The position numbers were made by a program, and so were the translations under genes. Below are positions 58,260 through 64,000 of a stretch of DNA of 64,000 bases, in pieces. Source of the DNA: Acidobacteriota bacterium (lineage in GTDB: Bacteria > Acidobacteriota > UBA6911); NCBI GenBank assembly GCA_963664705.1, contig OY761556.1:6656001-6720000 (forward strand), in the 5' to 3' direction. Every line of letters starts with the position of its first letter. The stretch's first letter is position 1. The notes under the pieces are model-generated. The model made no database searches and was not told the origin of the DNA. It saw only the letters and a program-made list of their open reading frames with translations.

Positions 58260-59702
58260 TTGTCTGTCCAAGCGAAATGGTGCAAATTAGCGATGCACTG
58301 TATGGTTTTTACGTCCATACTGCATTATTCTGCTTTCAGTCAATCCGAAAGTAAGAACCCGATAGACAAGGCGCAATCCAGCGGTTCGTTCAATATTCAT
58401 GTGGATGTCGATTTAGTTACTACTGACGTGACCGTGACTGGAGCCGACGCGCCAGAATTTCAGGCCAGCGATTTTGCAATTTATGAAGACGATGTTTCTC
58501 AAAATCTAACCTACTTCTCTCGTGATCAACTTCCGATTGCAGTTGCGTTGTTGGTTGACAGCAGCGGCAGCATTGAAAAGCATCTGAATGAATTGCAAAT
58601 TGCGGCGCTGACTGCATTACGGCGTCTGAAAGCGGAAGATCAAGTCGCGCTCTATTCCTTTTCAGGCGGCTACAGGAAACTGAGCAACCTCACAGCTGAT
58701 CGATTGCATATAGCCAAATTACTCAGCCATCTCTCAATCATGGAAGGCGGGACTGATATATTTTATGCACTCCAGGATGCAACGCGTTACCTAAAAAGGG
58801 CAGCTCCGCATCATCGCAGAGCGATTATTCTTATTTCCGACAATTGCCATGCCAATGGCAAAGCCAGGCCCGACAAAATGCTGAATGAGTTGCTGGAAAG
58901 TGCCACCACGCTTTATGATATTGTAACTCCCAGCGACCATAGTGACTTGCCTTACTGTTTGATGACGGATCCCGCCATAAGAAAAATTTCTGCCGATTCC
59001 GGCGGTGAAATTGTGGATGTAAGAAACTCGATGTCGCTCAAAGGAGCATTGGGAAAAGCTATATCCAGAATTCGAATGCAATACACTTTGGGTTTCAATC
59101 CATCTGATCCCAGCCCAAAGGGGACATATCATAGATTAAAGGTCCGCTTTGCCGATGAGAATCGTTGCCGAACATGCAGAATTATCGGACGTAGCGGATA
59201 TTATTCAGGAGCATCGTTATCCGTTGCAGTTTCCGGCAAGACACAAGAAATAGCGCCACCTCACTCGACAGACTCTGATCAGCAGTTGTTGCAGAGAATT
59301 ATCCTTATTGCAGGGACATCTTCGCCAGAATTTCGTGAAATTCCATTCACGGTTACAACTGAAAAGCAAACAGCTCTCAGTGGAAAAAGAGAGGTTAAAC
59401 TTGATTTGCGGATTAATCCTTCTGAAATAGAGTTTCAGATTTCCAAGGGAAAACGAACCTACAAAGTGGTTGCAGCCATTCTGCACGCAGATGCGAAAGG
59501 AGAGATAAAAGGCTGCGAATCGTGGGTACTTGAAGATCAGCTTAGCAGGGAGGAATTTGATCGCATAATTAGGGACGGAATTCATGTAACTACTACGGTC
59601 AATTTGGAGCCACAAAATCAAATGCTAAAAGCCGTAATTTATGATGAAAACAGCGGCAAACTAGGCAGTGGATTTGTTTTTGGCTCTTACGGCGAGCGCT
59701 GA
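58260..59702 (+). CDS. Secreted acidobacterial VWA domain protein (island cargo)
   Basis: MIDAS DSSGS, GGTD, LISD, QYTLGF, RSGYY; start uncertain (58179-58293). Confidence 0.82.
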   Translation: MSVQAKWCKLAMHCMVFTSILHYSAFSQSESKNPIDKAQSSGSFNIHVDVDLVTTDVTVTGADAPEFQASDFAIYEDDVSQNLTYFSRDQLPIAVALLVDSSGSIEKHLNELQIAALTALRRLKAEDQVALYSFSGGYRKLSNLTADRLHIAKLLSHLSIMEGGTDIFYALQDATRYLKRAAPHHRRAIILISDNCHANGKARPDKMLNELLESATTLYDIVTPSDHSDLPYCLMTDPAIRKISADSGGEIVDVRNSMSLKGALGKAISRIRMQYTLGFNPSDPSPKGTYHRLKVRFADENRCRTCRIIGRSGYYSGASLSVAVSGKTQEIAPPHSTDSDQQLLQRIILIAGTSSPEFREIPFTVTTEKQTALSGKREVKLDLRINPSEIEFQISKGKRTYKVVAAILHADAKGEIKGCESWVLEDQLSREEFDRIIRDGIHVTTTVNLEPQNQMLKAVIYDENSGKLGSGFVFGSYGER

Positions 59703-59729
59703 TCACAACCATGATGGGAGGCATTCCCA

Positions 59730-60956
59730 ATGCGAGAAGCTGATATTTCGTTAAAAAATAACCGGATTTTAATACTTCTGATAATTGGAATCGTTTTTGT
59801 TTGCTTTTCAGTGCGTGTGAATAGCAGAGAGAATCAGATTCAATCTGTGGACAGGGTGCAACAGTCCAGCGGGCCGGATGGAGATGCAAAAATCCGAGTC
59901 TCCGCTAAAGAGATAAGATTTGATGCTGTAGTTTTAGATAAGAGCGGCCATCAAGCCATTGATCTAAAATCAGCTGATTTTGATATCTATCAAGATAATA
60001 AGAAGCAAACAGTCAATTCATGCACTTATATCGCCCATAGGCCAATCCATCTTGCAGTGCCAACTCACGTGTCAAAGGGATCAAAGACGGAGTCAATGAT
60101 AGCTTCTTCCGGACTGAGCGGCGTCGATACTCGACGAAAGATAGTCTTTTTCCCAAACTATCCCGCTATGACCCTCAAGCAAAGTCATGAGACCCAGATG
60201 TTTATTAAGAAGTTTATTGAGGACGAAATGCAGGAAGGGGATCTGGTCGCGATCACAATGAATCCGCAGGGCGATACGGAGTCGCAGATCTTCAGCTCTG
60301 ATAAAGCTTTTGTTCTTTCCGTGCTGACCCAGGGTAAATGGTGGAGCGGGCCACAACAGAATATGGAAGGGTATGGCTTGCCACTTAGTAATTGTATTCG
60401 TAAATTACAAAATATTCCCGGCCGCAAATCGTTAATAGTAATCTCACCTGAGCCGGCGTATTTGGCCGGCTACGTATACCAAGTAATATCCCCTGAATTA
60501 TTAGAGAAGATGCATGAAGTACCGGCTGATGCCGCTTTCCGGGCCGGAGTTGTCATTCACATAATAGATATTAGCGAACCGAAAAAACTTGATGCGATTG
60601 ATCACACTTTTTCTTCAGCTGGGAGTATTAGTGCTGCGGAAGAAGCAAACATGATTCGCCATGAACTCGCGAGAAAAAGTGCTGAGTCTCAATTTCCTTT
60701 GGCAAAAAGAACCGGAGGCCTTTTGGCCAAGAATTTATCAGCAAAAACAATGGAAAACATAAAGGAACAATTAGGCGGTTATTACCTGCTAACTTATACT
60801 CCGGAAGAGAGCACTTTCACTCCTCCCCCAGACTTGAGTAGGAGGCCTCCCTATCGCAAGATAAAAATCAAAGTGAAGCGATCAGGTATGGAAGTATATG
60901 CGCGAGATGGTTTCTTTGGAGTGCCATCACGCGAGAACACTGTAACGGGGAAATGA
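59730..60956 (+). CDS. Secreted acidobacterial VWA-related protein, degenerate MIDAS (island cargo)
   Basis: N-terminal TM/signal; DAVVLDK.G..DL...DF.IYQD, PGRKSL, TGG, YYLLTY.P, ARDGFF; GGAGG RBS. Confidence 0.78.
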   Translation: MREADISLKNNRILILLIIGIVFVCFSVRVNSRENQIQSVDRVQQSSGPDGDAKIRVSAKEIRFDAVVLDKSGHQAIDLKSADFDIYQDNKKQTVNSCTYIAHRPIHLAVPTHVSKGSKTESMIASSGLSGVDTRRKIVFFPNYPAMTLKQSHETQMFIKKFIEDEMQEGDLVAITMNPQGDTESQIFSSDKAFVLSVLTQGKWWSGPQQNMEGYGLPLSNCIRKLQNIPGRKSLIVISPEPAYLAGYVYQVISPELLEKMHEVPADAAFRAGVVIHIIDISEPKKLDAIDHTFSSAGSISAAEEANMIRHELARKSAESQFPLAKRTGGLLAKNLSAKTMENIKEQLGGYYLLTYTPEESTFTPPPDLSRRPPYRKIKIKVKRSGMEVYARDGFFGVPSRENTVTGK

Positions 60957-61166
60957 TTTCCTCATTTCTGACCCTTTAAAAACCGCATTTTTGTCTTAAG
61001 TCCCAAGAAACGGCATTCGAGGAAACTACTCTGGCTTTGCAACAGTGGCGGATTCCATTTTTGCTGGCAGCTAAGTTTCAAGCTTTGAAAGATGACGCTT
61101 TTGTGGAATGATCTCTGGAATCGCTTCTAATCTTATAGTCCATGAAATTACTTGGCCTAAATTCGA

Positions 61167-61216
61167 GACGCACTAAACACGCAGAATTTACGCACCATCG
61201 GCGCACCAAGCACGCA
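61167..61216. repeat. Five (A/G)CGCA-core repeats at 11-bp period
   Basis: GACGCAC, CACGCAG, TACGCAC, GGCGCAC, CACGCAT at 61167, 61178, 61189, 61200, 61211. Confidence 0.7.
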
Positions 61217-61308
61217 TCCGGATAAATGCCCTTCCGGAAACTTGAATTCTAAGGCGAAGCCTTAGGGATGGTGTCTTACTACAGATATTTCCACAAGCAG
61301 CAACACCT

Positions 61309-61391
61309 CACCGGACCATACCCTGACAAACACCGGACAAGCGCCGGACACCGAACAGACGTCGAACAACAGTCGAACAAACACCGAACAG
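61309..61391. repeat. About eight CACCG(G/A)ACA-type repeats, mostly 11-bp period
   Basis: CACCGGACCA, CACCGGACAA, CGCCGGACA, CACCGAACAG, CGTCGAACAA, AGTCGAACAA, CACCGAACAG. Confidence 0.75.
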
Positions 61392-61531
61392 TAGATATCC
61401 AGAATGCCTTCTCTGTGCGTATTCTGATCTGCGTTCTGATAAAGGTTGATAGAGAACGCAAGCTGAACAATGGGGTACTAGTGGATCGATGATTGAGGCT
61501 CCGACCGGTGCTCAGTCATTCATAGCCCAGA

Positions 61532-61632
61532 CTTTTCTCGCTTATCTCGCTTTTCTCGCATGCCCGGATATTTTGAATTGTTCCCGCGATGTCGGAATTA
61601 CTTGAAAATTCTTGGGGGTTATTTGGGGGTAA
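61532..61632 (+). repeat. Imperfect ~100-bp direct repeat, copy 1 (three iterons plus arm site)
   Basis: CTTTTCTCG CTTATCTCG CTTTTCTCG ... GAAAATTCTTGGGGGTTATTTGGGGGTAA; homologous to 63139-63242. Confidence 0.85.
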
Positions 61633-61642
61633 ATATCGATGT

Positions 61643-61663
61643 TTATTTATTTACAATAAATAA
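61643..61663. promoter_or_regulatory. Inverted repeat in the abiE promoter, candidate AbiEi operator
   Basis: TTATTTATT-TAC-AATAAATAA overlapping a TTTACA -35-like hexamer. Confidence 0.55.
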
Positions 61664-61684
61664 CAAATATGTTAATTATTATAT

Positions 61685-62326
61685 ATGAAATATGGATCGC
61701 TGGTTGAGCTGGTTGGCTCCATGGAATGCTTCGATCTGCAGCTGCTTGTGCAGGCATTCGCTGAACCGCGAGAAATTATCCGGGTGCAGTTGTCCCGCTG
61801 GATCAGCGACCACAAGGTAATCAGTCTGCGACGCGGAGTTTATACGCTCCCAGACACCTATCGCCGCGTATCTATCGTGCCGGCAAGACTGGCGAATCAA
61901 CTCTATCACCCATCTTATCTGAGCGGCTTGTGGGCTTTGGGTTACTACGACATGATCCCCGAAAGAGTCGTATGGTTGACGAGCGTAACTCCTCGGGTGC
62001 CCCGTCGTTTTGACAATTCTCTTGGCATTTTCGATTATCGCAGCATTAAACAGAAGGCGTTTTTCGGATCTGTAACCGCACCCTACGGCGATCGGTCCAT
62101 ATTGGTTGCGGAACCTGAGAAAGCGCTACTGGATCATTGGCATCTCACATCGGGTGAGTGGACTGCAGAACGCCTTGAGGAAATGCGCTATCAGCATTGT
62201 CGGCAGGTGAATAGGGACAAGCTTCAAGCCTATGCAGATCGTTTCCAAAGCCCGCGCTTATATCGAGCAGCCGAACGCTGGCTGACGGTAACAGCCGAAG
62301 AAGAGAAAGGCACGGTTACTCTATGA
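61685..62326 (+). CDS. abiEi: Type IV TA antitoxin, AbiEi-like
   Basis: LSRW...LRRGVY, PSYLS...AL.YY.MIPE, AEPEKALLD; overlaps toxin start (ATGA). Confidence 0.88.
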   Translation: MKYGSLVELVGSMECFDLQLLVQAFAEPREIIRVQLSRWISDHKVISLRRGVYTLPDTYRRVSIVPARLANQLYHPSYLSGLWALGYYDMIPERVVWLTSVTPRVPRRFDNSLGIFDYRSIKQKAFFGSVTAPYGDRSILVAEPEKALLDHWHLTSGEWTAERLEEMRYQHCRQVNRDKLQAYADRFQSPRLYRAAERWLTVTAEEEKGTVTL

Positions 62327-63129
62327 GGGATCAGGCACTGGCACTTGCACGTGGAGCAAAAGATCCGGGGCAGGCGCTCAACCTGCTGCGAGAATATCTC
62401 CAAACGCTTGTCCTGCGATCATTTCATGAGTGTGAGGCATTTCGTAATCTGGCGTTTGTCGGCGGTACAGCGTTACGCTTCCTCCATAATCTGCCGCGTT
62501 TTTCTGAAGATCTCGATTTCTCGATGGTGTCTGAAAAGGGCTATGCCGGCATGGAGTGGATGTCGAAAGTCAAACGTGATTTGTCTCTGGCAGGATTCGA
62601 TCCCCACCTCACCTGGAATGATCGCAAGGTTGTTCATACAGGATGGATCCGGCTGGCAGGGCTGCTTTATGACGCCGGCATTTCCGGAGTGCCGGACCAG
62701 AAGCTGGCCATCAAGCTGGAAATTGACACTCGTCCACCGGCTGGGGCAATCTGCGAAAGAAGCATCATTACCCGTACCGTGACTTTTTTTGTCCAGCATT
62801 ACGATCTGCCGTCCATGATGGCGGGCAAGCTTCATGCTGCAATTACACGAAAATATGTCAAAGGCCGCGACTGGTATGATCTCCTGTGGTACAGGACGCA
62901 ACGTCCGCCAGTTGAACCGAACATTAATTTGCTTCAGAAGGCTTTGGATCAAACTCATCGTTCAGCCAAATACAATGCCCATGCGTGGCAAAGCTTGGTG
63001 AGTGATCGTCTGGCGTCAATCAGCATCAAAGATATTACCGGCGACGTTTATCCATTTTTGGAACACCCTCAGGATGCCGCACTCCTTACGCGGGAAAATC
63101 TGTCTGGTTTATTTTCAGTTCAACATTGA
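62323..63129 (+). CDS. abiEii: Type IV TA toxin, AbiEii/AbiGii nucleotidyltransferase
   Basis: FVGGTALR, RFSEDLDF, KLEID, KLHA, KGRDWYDL. Confidence 0.92.
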   Translation: MRDQALALARGAKDPGQALNLLREYLQTLVLRSFHECEAFRNLAFVGGTALRFLHNLPRFSEDLDFSMVSEKGYAGMEWMSKVKRDLSLAGFDPHLTWNDRKVVHTGWIRLAGLLYDAGISGVPDQKLAIKLEIDTRPPAGAICERSIITRTVTFFVQHYDLPSMMAGKLHAAITRKYVKGRDWYDLLWYRTQRPPVEPNINLLQKALDQTHRSAKYNAHAWQSLVSDRLASISIKDITGDVYPFLEHPQDAALLTRENLSGLFSVQH

Positions 63130-63138
63130 GGTTGCGCC

Positions 63139-63242
63139 CTTATCTCGCTTTTCCCGCTTTTCTCGCAAGCCGGGATAAGCTTGAAGTGCCCCTTGCGATG
63201 CTGGAATTTGCCGGAAAATTCTTGGGGGTTATTTGGGGGTAA
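63139..63242 (+). repeat. Imperfect ~100-bp direct repeat, copy 2 (three iterons plus arm site)
   Basis: CTTATCTCG CTTTTCCCG CTTTTCTCG ... GAAAATTCTTGGGGGTTATTTGGGGGTAA. Confidence 0.85.
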
Positions 63243-63369
63243 TTGGGAGGCAAAAACAGCTTTTGGTGAACAAGATGGACAAATCAAATATCCTAATTAC
63301 AGCTAATAACCATGAGGGTGCGACGCATATTCTTGATTTATCTGGATTTATGAAAAATGCTCCTGGAGG

Positions 63370-63414
63370 GACTACGAATCAAAAGGTCGCAAGTTCGAGT
63401 CTTGCCGGGCGCAC
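63370..63414 (+). repeat. attR core (45-bp duplicate of tRNA-Arg 3' part)
   Basis: Identical to 52007-52051; lacks the tRNA 5' half. Confidence 0.95.
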
Positions 63415-63438
63415 TCTAACCCCTTCAATCCTCTTAAC

Positions 63439-63654
63439 TTAAGCACCCGGTTCAATTCGCAACTCCTGTTCATGCTGTCCTTGGGGGCTATATGGGGGCA
63501 GTTGTGCTGTTTTTGCCTCTTCTTTGGGTTTCACTTTCAAAGCTTTACTCAATGCTTCCAATGCTTCTTGCCGATGTTCCGGTGATAGATGCGAATATCT
63601 CAGGGTTGTTGAATAATCCTAGTGTCTGAGGATTTCCTTCACCGTGTGCAGATC
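63439..63654 (-). pseudogene. C-terminal remnant of a second tyrosine integrase
   Basis: Minus strand reads DLHTVKEILRH*DYSTTLRYSHLSPEHRQEALEALSKALKVKPKEEAKTA versus intact PLATVKEILRHKDFEMTLRYAHLSSEHTRAAMNALGASLAVTSKDKTKTA; in-frame TAG at 63619-63621; homology lost upstream. Confidence 0.85.
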
Positions 63655-64000
63655 CCGCAGGGAAAGCCTCAAAGCGGGATTGGTGAACGAAAACACGGAA
63701 AAGAAAGCCAAGCAACCCAAGGAGGGAAGCGGAGCATGAGCCCTGCCAGTCTTCAAAATATTCTCGCATCCGGTAGACGTTCCCCCGCATTTTGCGTTCT
63801 TGGATAGTAAGGGTTACTTGTTGGCAGCATGATTGCCAGATTCGTGAGGGTGGTGGTAGGCTCTTGAAACCCAAGGAGGTTTTCATTGCGGAAGCCTTTT
63901 GATAAGAAAATGCATCAGCTTCAGAATAGCCTTTTGGTTGGCGTTCTAATATTCATTATTTCCTGCGTTATTGCCGTTACAGCAAAGAACAACATTGCCC

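Larger units (their letters stand above)
52007..63414. mobile_element. Integrated satellite/PICI-like element at tRNA-Arg (about 11.4 kb)
   Basis: Identical 45-bp att repeats; integrase, primase, Xis-like HTH; lower-GC cargo; no capsid, tail or conjugation genes recognised. Confidence 0.9.

Noticed and set aside
56351-61391. CRISPR array among the island repeats
   Set aside because: Units are 9-11 bp without unique spacers, and no cas genes are present
63370-63414. Second tRNA-Arg gene
   Set aside because: Only the 3' 45 nt are present, with no D-arm or 5' acceptor strand; it is the att duplicate
52007-63414. Complete prophage or conjugative ICE
   Set aside because: No structural, lysis, terminase, relaxase or T4SS genes recognised
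63545-63886. 113-aa minus-strand ORF
   Set aside because: No motifs, and it overlaps the integrase remnant in another frame

Overview
Bacterial chromosomal segment, probably Acidobacteriota (inferred from acidobacterial-type VWA proteins, DUF1570/TPR protein and secreted esterases) with anaerobe-type metabolism. Positions 1-52,000 are host genes: transporters, three secreted esterases, a PPi-type PFK, signalling genes, a tandem radical SAM pair, an orphan MshEN-GspE/PilB ATPase, a VWA protein, a DEDDh exonuclease and a Mesh1-like hydrolase. A ~15 kb divergent catabolic cluster (10.4-25.2 kb) encodes a sigma54-driven xanthine-oxidase-family molybdoenzyme resembling 4-hydroxybenzoyl-CoA reductase with small Zn/Cys proteins, a reversed-order 3-hydroxyacyl-CoA dehydrogenase/hydratase plus thiolase, and a FAD/CCG-FeS/FAD trio. 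tRNA-Arg(ACG) at 51977-52053 hosts an 11.4 kb satellite/PICI-like element bounded by a 45-bp att repeat. It carries an integrase, a CHC2-Toprim-DUF3987 primase, an Xis-like HTH, two VWA cargo genes and an AbiE toxin-antitoxin pair. The AbiE pair is bracketed by a duplicated iteron-plus-arm-site segment, several 11-bp-periodic arrays are present, and a degraded second integrase begins just past attR, indicating tandem island accretion. All calls come from reading motifs by eye; no database searches were run.
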